Positions 41,483 through 50,752 of a stretch of DNA of 64,000 nucleotides are shown one piece after another; the first letter of the stretch is position 1; the number at the start of each line of letters is the position of its first letter. The notes under the pieces are model-generated. The model ran no database searches. It saw only the letters and a list, made by a program, of their open reading frames with translations, and had not been told where the DNA came from. The DNA comes from an uncultured Draconibacterium sp. GTDB taxonomy: Bacteria; Bacteroidota; Bacteroidia; Bacteroidales; Prolixibacteraceae. Location: positions 571,136 to 635,135 of the forward strand of contig OY781113.1 in assembly GCA_963676455.1 (NCBI GenBank), read 5' to 3'. Position numbers and translations under genes: made by a program.

Positions 41483-41962
41483 ATGAAAAAATCAAAGTTT
41501 TATTTCATCGTATTCTTTATTGCCTGTTTATTTTCTAAAACAAAGGCACAGGAAGTTATTGCAACATCGGGGAACCATTATGAAAATAATAAGATACAAA
41601 TAAGCTGGACGCTTGGCGAACCGGTTATTGAAACACTCTCAAATGAAAATTCCACACTAACACAAGGATTTCATCAGTCAAAACTAATTGTAACCGCAAT
41701 TAACGAAGTTTCTGTACCTGGGTTTAATATTACCGCGTATCCCAATCCAACCAGCGATATTCTGAAGGTTGAAGTTAAGAATGTAAGCGGGCAGGATTTG
41801 ATATATACCCTTTACAGTCCGGATGGTAGAATGCTGGTTCAGAAACAAATGGAATCCGACATTTCCGAGATCCCTATGTATAATTATGTGTCAGCTACCT
41901 ACTTTCTGAAAGTTTCCAGTAGTAATACGGTTTTGAAAACATTTAAAATAGTAAAGAGATAA
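41483..41962 (+). CDS. Small secreted protein consisting of a short N-domain plus a T9SS type-A C-terminal domain
   Basis: Signal peptide; QEVIATSG..ISWTLGEP..LTQGFHQ; AYPNPTSD..YFLKV..KTFKIVK. Confidence 0.88.
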   Translation: MKKSKFYFIVFFIACLFSKTKAQEVIATSGNHYENNKIQISWTLGEPVIETLSNENSTLTQGFHQSKLIVTAINEVSVPGFNITAYPNPTSDILKVEVKNVSGQDLIYTLYSPDGRMLVQKQMESDISEIPMYNYVSATYFLKVSSSNTVLKTFKIVKR

Positions 41963-42055
41963 TTTAAAGTATTCCTCAATTCCAAAAGCTAACCGTTTGC
42001 AACAAAACCGAATGCAAAAGAAAAAAAACATATCATGAAAACCTTCGCTGGCGCG

Positions 42056-42071
42056 TCCCGAAGTATCGGGA
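42056..42071. repeat. TCCCGA-N4-TCGGGA REP-like palindrome
   Basis: TCCCGAAGTATCGGGA lies just downstream of an ATGAAAACC start at 42035. Confidence 0.45.
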
Positions 42072-42105
42072 TGTAATTCCGTGCTTTAAGATTATTAAAA
42101 AGAAC

Positions 42106-42165
42106 ATAAAAACTATAATTGCAACAATTACATTCTTGATTTTAGGATTAACAACCTTTTCTTAA
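42106..42165 (+). pseudogene. Decayed signal-peptide relic (IKTIIATITFLILGLTTFS*T)
   Basis: Same GLTTF(S/A)Q motif as 42233 and 50753, with ATG->ATA and CAA->TAA changes. Confidence 0.5.
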
Positions 42166-42232
42166 ACTCACCGCTGCCGCGCGAATTTTTCGTGTGGTAT
42201 AACGAATAACCGGAAATCAACAACCAGATAAT

Positions 42233-42364
42233 ATGAAAACATTCCTTTTAACATTTATAGCATTAATCATCGGGCTAACAACTTTTTCCCAAACCCCAAC
42301 TTCGTTTAACTACCAGGCCGTGTTGCGTAATGCAGCAGGGAATGCTTTCATCATTAAGATATAA
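42233..42364 (+). pseudogene. 5' remnant (43 aa) of an S74-fibre-family gene
   Basis: MKTFLLTFIALIIGLTTFSQTPTSFNYQAVLRNAAGNAFIIKI*; DNA near-identical to 50789-50848 (GGGCTAACAACTTTT...TCGTTTAACTACCAGGCCGTGTTGCG). Confidence 0.8.
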
Positions 42365-42369
42365 TTAAT

Positions 42370-45300
42370 ATGAACATAAATATTTTACATCATTTCAAAC
42401 ACATTATCCTGACCTCTATTGTGCTTACAACTACGGTTTATATAGCTGTAGCACAAACCTATATTATAGGTGAAACAACTGGAACTGTAACAACCGACAA
42501 TGGTTATTTTTATGATTCTGGTGGCGAAACCGGTCTGTACATTAATAGTGAACACGATACACTAACATTTATACCTGCCACCGAAGGCTATTTTATAAGT
42601 TGCGAGTTTCTCTCGTTTGATGTTGAAGAGGGTTGTGACTACCTGTACATTTATGACGGAACAACTACCGATGCTACTCTAATTGGTAGCTATACCGGCA
42701 CTGACATCTCAACCATTGGAGATAATGGTATTGTAACAGCAGCACATGCCAACGGAGCCTTAACATTTGTGTTTTCTTCTGATGGTGGCGTAGTTGAAGA
42801 TGGCTGGAAAGCAGAAATTTCTATCACAACGCGCGAAGGCATATCAGCCTTTTTTTCAGCTGATGCAAGCAGCTCGTCAACATTTCCTTTTACTGTTAAT
42901 TTTACGGATGAGTCAATTGCTTATACCGGAGATGTAAGCTCCTGGGCATGGGATTTTGATGGTGATGGAATAACCGATAATACCGAACAAAATCCAAGTT
43001 ATACTTATACCGCTCCGGGATTTTATTCAGTAACCCTTATTGCCGGAAATGGAACCACATACGATACACTAACCGTAGATAATTACATACGTTGTGGAAT
43101 TTTTATAATGGGTGATGCTACCGGAACGATAACCACCGATGGCGGTTATTTTTATGATTCAGGAGGCAAAGACGGACAGTATAATCTTATGGAAAACTAT
43201 ACGCTAACGTTCATGCCCGAAACGCAAGGTAACTTTATAAGCTGCCAGTTTCTCTCACTTGATGTTTACAGCACCGACCTTTTATATATCTATGATGGAA
43301 CAGGTACCGATGCCACTCTAATAGGCAGTTATAGCGGTTCTGATATCGCAGCCATTGGAGATGGTGGTGTTGTAACTGCAACCAATGCCGATGGGGCTTT
43401 AACGTTTAAATTTTCTTCATCGTGGTGGGCTACTGCAGATGGCTGGGAAGCTAAAATAACTACAACCACACCTACCGAAGGTTTGTCGGCTAATTTTTCT
43501 GCCAATGCAACCAGTTCATCACTGCCCTTTACTGTTAATTTTACGGATGAGTCGGTTGCCTATAGTGGAGAAATAAATTCCTGGGCATGGGACTTCGATG
43601 GCGATGGAATAACCGATAATACCGAACAAAATCCAAGTTATACCTATTCAACTCAGGGTATCTATTCCGTAACACTTATTGCCGGAAATGGTACCACCTT
43701 AGATACGCTGACAAAAGAAGATTTCATAACTGCCGGAGAAGTCTTCCTAATGGGAAGTACAACAGGTACGGTTACCACCGAAGGCGGTTATTTTTATGAT
43801 TCAGGGGGCAATGACGGGCAATACAGTAATAATGAAGACTACACCATTACATTCATGCCGGCAACAGCAATAAAAACAGTAAGTTGTCAGTTTCTGTCCT
43901 TTAATGTTGAAAACAGTTACGACTATCTGGAAATTTATGATGGAACAACTACCGATGCAACGCTTATAGGGAGTTTTGATGGTTCTGATGCCTCAGCGAT
44001 TGGTGATAATGGGGTGATAACAGCAACAAATGTCAGCGGTGCTTTAACGTTTAAGTTTTATTCCGACAATAGTGGAACAATAGACGGTTGGGTAACAGAA
44101 ATAACAACCCAGTCCCGCGATGGTTTGTATACAACTTTTTCTGCCGATGCAACCAGTTCTAAAACACTACCATTTACCGTTAATTTTACGGACGAGTCGG
44201 TTGCTTTTAGCGGAGAGATAAACTCCTGGGCATGGGATTTTAATGGCGATGGAATAACCGATAACACCGAACAGAATCCTTCCTATACTTATACCGATGT
44301 TGGCACTTATTCTGTTACTCTTATTGCCGGAAACGGTACTACTCTGGATACACGAACAATGGAGGATTTCATAACAACAGGAGATACCTTTCTTATGGGA
44401 AGTACTACCGACACAGTAGTAACCTATGGCGGTTATTTTTATGATTCGGGTGGTGAAAACGAGCAGTATAGCAGTAAGGAAGATTATACAGTAACATTTA
44501 TTCCTGCCAATGAAGGCTATAATGTTATAAGTTGCGAAATCCTCTCTTTTGCCTCTGAACAAGATTATGACTATCTGGAAATATATGATGGAACAAGCAC
44601 CGACGCACCTAGTTTAGGATATGCTTCCGGTACCGATGCTTCAGGCATAGGGGGCAATGGCATAGCAACAGCAACAAACACAGAAGGAGCTTTAACGGTT
44701 AGGTTTATTTCTGATGATTGGAATCAGGCGGATGGTTGGAAGGCAAAGATTACTGTGCTGCCGCATGAAGGCTTAGCAGCAGATTTCTCTGCCGGTACAA
44801 GAGGCTCGTCAATTTTACCGTTTACGGTTGATTTTACAGACAAGACCATTGCTTATTCCGGAGAAGTAAACTCCTGGGCATGGGATTTCGATGGCGACGG
44901 AACAATCGATGACACCGAACAAAATCCAAGCTTTACTTACACTACGGCAGGGCTTTATCCGGTAACTCTTGTCGCCGGAAATGGAACAACATACGATACA
45001 CTAACCGTACAAAATTACGTTTTGGCAGGACTAACCGATTATATTATGGGAAATTCGCCCGACACCGTGATAACCGACGGCGGTTATTTTTATGATTCGG
45101 GCGGTGACAATGATACCTATATTAATAATGAAGATTACACGCTTACATTTTTGCCTGCAACAGACGGTGAATATATCAGCTGTCAGTTTTTATCATTTCT
45201 GGTTGAAAGCTCTTATGACTATCTTGATATTTATAATGGAACAAGCACTGATGCAACTCTTATAGGACATTTCGAAGGCACAGATGTATCAGCTATTGGA

Positions 45301-48300
45301 AGTAACGGAGTAGTAACAGCAACCAATGCCGATGGTGCATTAACGTTTAAATTTTATTCAGATGGAGGAGGATATGATGATGGATGGAAAGCGAAGATAA
45401 GCACAAAGACAGGTGTTTCAGCAGCTTTTGTAACAAATGAAAATAGCACACTGGAACTTTCTCTTACTGTTAATTTTACTGATGAATCGGTGGCTCTTTC
45501 CGGAGAAATAAATTCATGGGAATGGGATTTTGATGGCGATGGAATAACAGATAATACCGAACAAAACCCGACATATACTTATTCCACCGCAGGCATCTAT
45601 TCTGTAACTCTAATAGCCGGAAATGGAACCACAAAGGATACACTGACCATGGAAGATTACATTTCGGTTGGGCAGACAGATTATATTATGGGGAGTACAC
45701 CGGATACTATAATAACCGATGAAGGTTATTTTTACGATTCTGGTGGCGAAGATGGTGAGTATCGGAATAATGAAGACTACACGCTCACATTTATGCCTGC
45801 AACAGAGGGGACAGCTTTAAGTTTCCAATTTCTCTCGTTTGAGCTTTACGATGGCGCCGACTATTTGGAGATTTACGACGGAACATCTACCAATGCCACA
45901 TTGATAGGAAAGTTTATCTATATTGATGTCGCCTCAAGCATTGGAAGTGAAGGGAAAGTAACAGCAACAAATGTCAGTGGTGCATTAACTTTTAAATTCC
46001 ATTCCGGTGAGAGTTTTACAAAAAGTGGCTGGAAAGCTGAAATTACAGCTATAGGTGTATCTTCAGCTTTTACGATTGACAAAAACTGCTCATTAACGTT
46101 ACCATTTACGGTTAACTTTACCGATGAGTCAGTTGCTTATGTCGGAGAGATAAACTCTTGGAAATGGGATTTCAATGGGGATGGAATAACTGATGCCACC
46201 GAACAAAACCCAAGCTACACCTATACTGCAAACGGAGCTTATTCGGTAACACTTATAACCGGTAATGGTGCCGTATTCGACACAATAACAATGGATGATT
46301 ACATTACAATTGGGCATGCTATAATGGGAAACACACAAGACACCGTTATGGTAGATAACGGTTATTTTTATGATTCAGGAGGTGAAGATGGTGAGTATAG
46401 AAATGATGAAGACTATACGGTCACGTTTATGCCTACAACTGAAGGTAAAGCAGTAAGTTGTGAGTTTCTGTCTTTTGCTGTTGAATTCTTTTGTGATTAT
46501 CTACAGATTTATGACGGGGCAAGCACCGATGCTCCACTAATAGGTCAATATGACGAAGAATCAGCTGATATTGGAACCAACTGGAAAGTAATAGCAACAA
46601 ATGCCAGCGGCGCTTTAACTTTCCGTTTCTATTCCGATTTTACAGATTCAAGAAGTGGATGGAAAGCAAAGATGACTACGGTTGATGTATCGGCAGAATT
46701 TTCCGTAGATAAACACAGCTCGTTAACAGTACCATTTACAGTTAATTTTACGGATTTATCGACAGCATTTACCGATCCTATAAACTCCTGGGAATGGGAT
46801 TTTGATGGCGACGGAATAATCGATAATACAGAGCAAAACCCAAGCTATACCTATACTACCAAAGGTGTGTATCCGATAACGCTTATTGTCGGAAATGGTA
46901 GTGAGCAGGATACGCTTACAAAGGAAAATTTCATTGCTCCGGGTGGCTATATCCTGCAAGATGATGATGTAGTGGTAGAGAATAATGTCATCATTTCCTG
47001 CTCTTACGATTTTCTTATCACCGATATTATTATCCCTGATACGCTTGATGGACAGGCAGTGTTTGGTACAGCTGATGGCAGCTCTCTTATTAACGGGGTT
47101 TTTTATAATAAGGATATCACTTCCATTAACCTGCCCGCTACTATTGATACTATCGGATTCAATTCATTTTGCACCAATGATATTACTACACTTGACTTAA
47201 GTAAATGCTCTAAGTTGACATATATAGATGACTATGCATTCTATGGAAACTCGCTTACTTCAGTTGATTTGAGTGGTTGTTCATCCCTGAATTATATTGG
47301 TAGTGGAATCTTTAATGACAATTCTTTAACTTCTTTTACTCTACCTGCAAATGAGATATACGACTATTATTATTGGAAAGATGGTGTAGGAAATAATTAT
47401 GTAGCCGGCGATGAAGTCAGCAATCTTAATACCAATTATTATGTGGTTGGATACTATTTTATAAAGTTTATTGACTGGAATAGTACAGAGTTGAAAGTTG
47501 ATACTTTACTTTTCGGTGGTAATGCCGTTCCTCCTGCAGACCCAGTCCGTGAGGGATACGATTTCACAGGTTGGGACACAACTTATACCAATATCACTGA
47601 AGGTTATAATGTAACGGCTCAATATGAAATCAACACCTACACAATAACATTCAAAGATTGGGACAATTCGGTGTTAAAAAGAGATAATGTAGAATACGGT
47701 AGCGATGCAACAGCACCAACCGACCCGGTTCGAGAAGGCTACACTTTTACCGGTTGGGATACTACGTTTACAAACATTACCGAGAGTTATGATGTAACGG
47801 CCCAATATGAAATCAACACCTACACAATAACATTCAAGGATTGGGACAATTCGGTGTTAAAAACAGATAATGTAGAATACGGTAGCGATGCAACAGCACC
47901 AGACGACCCGGTACGGGTGGGTTACACTTTTACCGGTTGGGACACTACGTTTACAAACATCACCGAAAGCTACGATGTAACGGCCCAATATGAAATCAAC
48001 ACCTACACAATAACTTTTAAAGACTGGGATGACACTGTTCTTAAATTAGAAACAGTAGAATACGGTAGCGATGCAACAGCACCAACCGACCCGGTTCGAG
48101 AAGGCTACACTTTTAGCGGTTGGGACACTACATTTACAAACATCACAGAAAGCTACGATGTAACTGCCCAATATGAAATCAACACCTACACAATAACATT
48201 CAAGGATTGGGACAATTCGGTGTTAAAAACAGATAATGTAGAATACGGTAGCGATGCAACAGTGCCAGACGACCCGGTACGGGTGGGTTACACTTTTACC

Positions 48301-50625
48301 GGTTGGGACACTACGTTTACAAACATCACCGAAAGCTACGATGTAACGGCCCAATATGAAATCAACACCTACACAATAACTTTTAAAGACTGGGATGACA
48401 CTGTTCTTAAATTAGAAACAGTAGAATACGGTAGCGATGCAACAGCACCAACCGACCCGGTTCGAGAAGGCTACACTTTTAGCGGTTGGGACACTACATT
48501 TACAAACATCACAGAAAGCTACGATGTAACCGCCGAATATGAAATTAATACCTACACAATAACTTTTAAAGACTGGGATGACACTGTTCTTAAATTAGAA
48601 ACAGTAGAATACGGTAGCGATGCAACAGTGCCAGACGACCCGGTACGGGTGGGTTACACTTTTACCGGTTGGGACACTACGTTTACAAACATCACCGAAA
48701 GCTACGATGTAACGGCCCAATATGAAATCAACACCTACACAATAACTTTTAAAGACTGGGATGACACTGTTCTTAAATTAGAAACAGTAGAATACGGTAG
48801 CGATGCAACAGCACCAACCGACCCGGTTCGAGAAGGCTACACTTTTAGCGGTTGGGACACTACATTTACAAACATCACCGAAAGCTACGATGTAACCGCC
48901 GAATATGAAATTAATACCTACACAATAACTTTTAAAGACTGGGATGACACTGTTCTTAAATTAGAAACAGTAGAATACGGTAGCGATGCAACAGCACCAA
49001 CCGACCCGGTTCGAGAAGGCTACACTTTTACTGGTTGGGATACTACGTTTACCAACATCACCGAAAGCTACTATGTAACAGCCGAATATGAAATCAATAC
49101 CTACACAATAACATTCAAAGATTGGGATAATTCGGTGTTAAAAAGAGATAATGTAGAATACGGTAGCGATGCAACAGCACCAACCGACCCGGTTCGAAAA
49201 GGCTACACTTTTAGCGGTTGGGACACTACATTTACAAACATCACCGAAAGCTACGATGTAACCGCCGAATATGAAATCAACACCTACACAATAACATTCA
49301 AGGATTGGGACAATTCGGTGTTAAAAACAGATAATGTAGAATACGGTAGCGATGCAACAGCACCAACCGACCCGGTTCGAGAAGGCTACACTTTTACTGG
49401 TTGGGATACTACGTTTACCAACATCACCAAAAGCTACGATATAACTGCCGAATATGAAATTAATACCTACACAATAACATTCAAAGATTGGGACAATTCG
49501 GTGTTAAAAAGAGATAATGTAGAATACGGTAGCGATGCAACAGCACCAACCGACCCGGTTCGAGAAGGCTACACTTTTACCGGTTGGGATACTACGTTTA
49601 CAAACATCACCGAAAGCTACGATGTAACCGCCGAATATGAAATTAATTACACTATAACTTTTAAAGACTGGGATGACACTGTTCTTAAATTAGAAACAGT
49701 AGAATACGGTAGTGATGCAACAGCGCCAGACGACCCAGTCCGTGAGGGTTACACTTTTACCGGTTGGGACACTACGTTTACCAACATTACCGAGAGTTAT
49801 GATGTAACGGCCCAATATGAAATCAATACCTACACAATAACATTCAAAGATTGGGACAATTCGGTGTTAAAAAGAGATAATGTAGAATACGGTAGCGATG
49901 CAACAGCACCAACCGACCCGGTTCGAGAAGGCTACACTTTTACCGGTTGGGATACTACGTTTACAAACATCACCGAAAGCTACGATGTAACCGCCGAATA
50001 TGAAATTAATACCTACACTATAACTTTTAAAGACTGGGATGACACTGTTCTTAAATTAGAAACAGTAGAATACGGTAGCGATGCAACAGCACCAACCGAC
50101 CCGGTTCGAGAAGGCTACACTTTTACCGGTTGGGATACTACGTTTACCAACATTACTGAAAGCTACGATGTAACTGCCGAATATGAAATCAATACCTATA
50201 CAATAACTTTTAAAGACTGGGATGACACTGTTCTTAAATTAGAAACAGTAGAATACGGTAGCGATGCAACAGCACCAACCGACCCGGTTCGAGAAGGCTA
50301 CACTTTTACTGGTTGGGATACTACGTTTACAAACATCACAGAAAGCTACGATGTAACGGCTGAATATGAAATTATAAGTAGTGTGACAGAAACGATAAAT
50401 ACAGTGTTTGAGGTTTATCCTAATCCAACCAACGGAATGTTGTATGTATCAGGTAAAGTAGGTTGGCAAATACAGGTCTTTAGCCTTTCCGGTCAGTTCT
50501 TACAATATTTAATTATGAATAATGAGAAGCTTCAGTTGGATTTGTCAGAATATCCTGAAGGCATGTATTTGTTAAAAGCAGGCAATGAATCTGAACAAGT
50601 TATAAAAAAAGTGATTCGGAGATGA
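42370..50625 (+). CDS. Giant T9SS-secreted adhesin: 7x(CUB-PKD), short BspA-type LRR, 16x InlB-B/Flg_new-type repeats, T9SS CTD
   Basis: Seven GYFYDSGG..DYL.IYDG (CUB) units, each followed by VNFTD.S..W.WDF.GDG (PKD); FYGNSLTSVDL LRR; 61-aa repeats TYTITFKDWD..PVREGYTFTGW; C-terminal VYPNPTNG..GMYLLKA. Confidence 0.9.
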   Translation: MNINILHHFKHIILTSIVLTTTVYIAVAQTYIIGETTGTVTTDNGYFYDSGGETGLYINSEHDTLTFIPATEGYFISCEFLSFDVEEGCDYLYIYDGTTTDATLIGSYTGTDISTIGDNGIVTAAHANGALTFVFSSDGGVVEDGWKAEISITTREGISAFFSADASSSSTFPFTVNFTDESIAYTGDVSSWAWDFDGDGITDNTEQNPSYTYTAPGFYSVTLIAGNGTTYDTLTVDNYIRCGIFIMGDATGTITTDGGYFYDSGGKDGQYNLMENYTLTFMPETQGNFISCQFLSLDVYSTDLLYIYDGTGTDATLIGSYSGSDIAAIGDGGVVTATNADGALTFKFSSSWWATADGWEAKITTTTPTEGLSANFSANATSSSLPFTVNFTDESVAYSGEINSWAWDFDGDGITDNTEQNPSYTYSTQGIYSVTLIAGNGTTLDTLTKEDFITAGEVFLMGSTTGTVTTEGGYFYDSGGNDGQYSNNEDYTITFMPATAIKTVSCQFLSFNVENSYDYLEIYDGTTTDATLIGSFDGSDASAIGDNGVITATNVSGALTFKFYSDNSGTIDGWVTEITTQSRDGLYTTFSADATSSKTLPFTVNFTDESVAFSGEINSWAWDFNGDGITDNTEQNPSYTYTDVGTYSVTLIAGNGTTLDTRTMEDFITTGDTFLMGSTTDTVVTYGGYFYDSGGENEQYSSKEDYTVTFIPANEGYNVISCEILSFASEQDYDYLEIYDGTSTDAPSLGYASGTDASGIGGNGIATATNTEGALTVRFISDDWNQADGWKAKITVLPHEGLAADFSAGTRGSSILPFTVDFTDKTIAYSGEVNSWAWDFDGDGTIDDTEQNPSFTYTTAGLYPVTLVAGNGTTYDTLTVQNYVLAGLTDYIMGNSPDTVITDGGYFYDSGGDNDTYINNEDYTLTFLPATDGEYISCQFLSFLVESSYDYLDIYNGTSTDATLIGHFEGTDVSAIGSNGVVTATNADGALTFKFYSDGGGYDDGWKAKISTKTGVSAAFVTNENSTLELSLTVNFTDESVALSGEINSWEWDFDGDGITDNTEQNPTYTYSTAGIYSVTLIAGNGTTKDTLTMEDYISVGQTDYIMGSTPDTIITDEGYFYDSGGEDGEYRNNEDYTLTFMPATEGTALSFQFLSFELYDGADYLEIYDGTSTNATLIGKFIYIDVASSIGSEGKVTATNVSGALTFKFHSGESFTKSGWKAEITAIGVSSAFTIDKNCSLTLPFTVNFTDESVAYVGEINSWKWDFNGDGITDATEQNPSYTYTANGAYSVTLITGNGAVFDTITMDDYITIGHAIMGNTQDTVMVDNGYFYDSGGEDGEYRNDEDYTVTFMPTTEGKAVSCEFLSFAVEFFCDYLQIYDGASTDAPLIGQYDEESADIGTNWKVIATNASGALTFRFYSDFTDSRSGWKAKMTTVDVSAEFSVDKHSSLTVPFTVNFTDLSTAFTDPINSWEWDFDGDGIIDNTEQNPSYTYTTKGVYPITLIVGNGSEQDTLTKENFIAPGGYILQDDDVVVENNVIISCSYDFLITDIIIPDTLDGQAVFGTADGSSLINGVFYNKDITSINLPATIDTIGFNSFCTNDITTLDLSKCSKLTYIDDYAFYGNSLTSVDLSGCSSLNYIGSGIFNDNSLTSFTLPANEIYDYYYWKDGVGNNYVAGDEVSNLNTNYYVVGYYFIKFIDWNSTELKVDTLLFGGNAVPPADPVREGYDFTGWDTTYTNITEGYNVTAQYEINTYTITFKDWDNSVLKRDNVEYGSDATAPTDPVREGYTFTGWDTTFTNITESYDVTAQYEINTYTITFKDWDNSVLKTDNVEYGSDATAPDDPVRVGYTFTGWDTTFTNITESYDVTAQYEINTYTITFKDWDDTVLKLETVEYGSDATAPTDPVREGYTFSGWDTTFTNITESYDVTAQYEINTYTITFKDWDNSVLKTDNVEYGSDATVPDDPVRVGYTFTGWDTTFTNITESYDVTAQYEINTYTITFKDWDDTVLKLETVEYGSDATAPTDPVREGYTFSGWDTTFTNITESYDVTAEYEINTYTITFKDWDDTVLKLETVEYGSDATVPDDPVRVGYTFTGWDTTFTNITESYDVTAQYEINTYTITFKDWDDTVLKLETVEYGSDATAPTDPVREGYTFSGWDTTFTNITESYDVTAEYEINTYTITFKDWDDTVLKLETVEYGSDATAPTDPVREGYTFTGWDTTFTNITESYYVTAEYEINTYTITFKDWDNSVLKRDNVEYGSDATAPTDPVRKGYTFSGWDTTFTNITESYDVTAEYEINTYTITFKDWDNSVLKTDNVEYGSDATAPTDPVREGYTFTGWDTTFTNITKSYDITAEYEINTYTITFKDWDNSVLKRDNVEYGSDATAPTDPVREGYTFTGWDTTFTNITESYDVTAEYEINYTITFKDWDDTVLKLETVEYGSDATAPDDPVREGYTFTGWDTTFTNITESYDVTAQYEINTYTITFKDWDNSVLKRDNVEYGSDATAPTDPVREGYTFTGWDTTFTNITESYDVTAEYEINTYTITFKDWDDTVLKLETVEYGSDATAPTDPVREGYTFTGWDTTFTNITESYDVTAEYEINTYTITFKDWDDTVLKLETVEYGSDATAPTDPVREGYTFTGWDTTFTNITESYDVTAEYEIISSVTETINTVFEVYPNPTNGMLYVSGKVGWQIQVFSLSGQFLQYLIMNNEKLQLDLSEYPEGMYLLKAGNESEQVIKKVIRR
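47450..50376 (+). repeat. Sixteen tandem 183-bp coding repeats
   Basis: Unit period confirmed, e.g. CAACACCTAC at 47631 and 47814. One unit has a 3-bp deletion near 49647. Confidence 0.92.
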
Positions 50626-50752
50626 GGATTAATTTATGGATAAATATATTTTTTAAGGATTCTGCAAAAAATGAAACAGGTCACTTCTTTTGGGAGCCAC
50701 TGACAATTGTTATTTTTTTACTAACTGAGTTGAAGAAAAATAAAAACCAAAA

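Noticed and set aside
47450-50376. Regular repeat array as a CRISPR array
   Set aside because: The units are 183-bp in-frame coding repeats with no unique spacers, and no cas genes are present.
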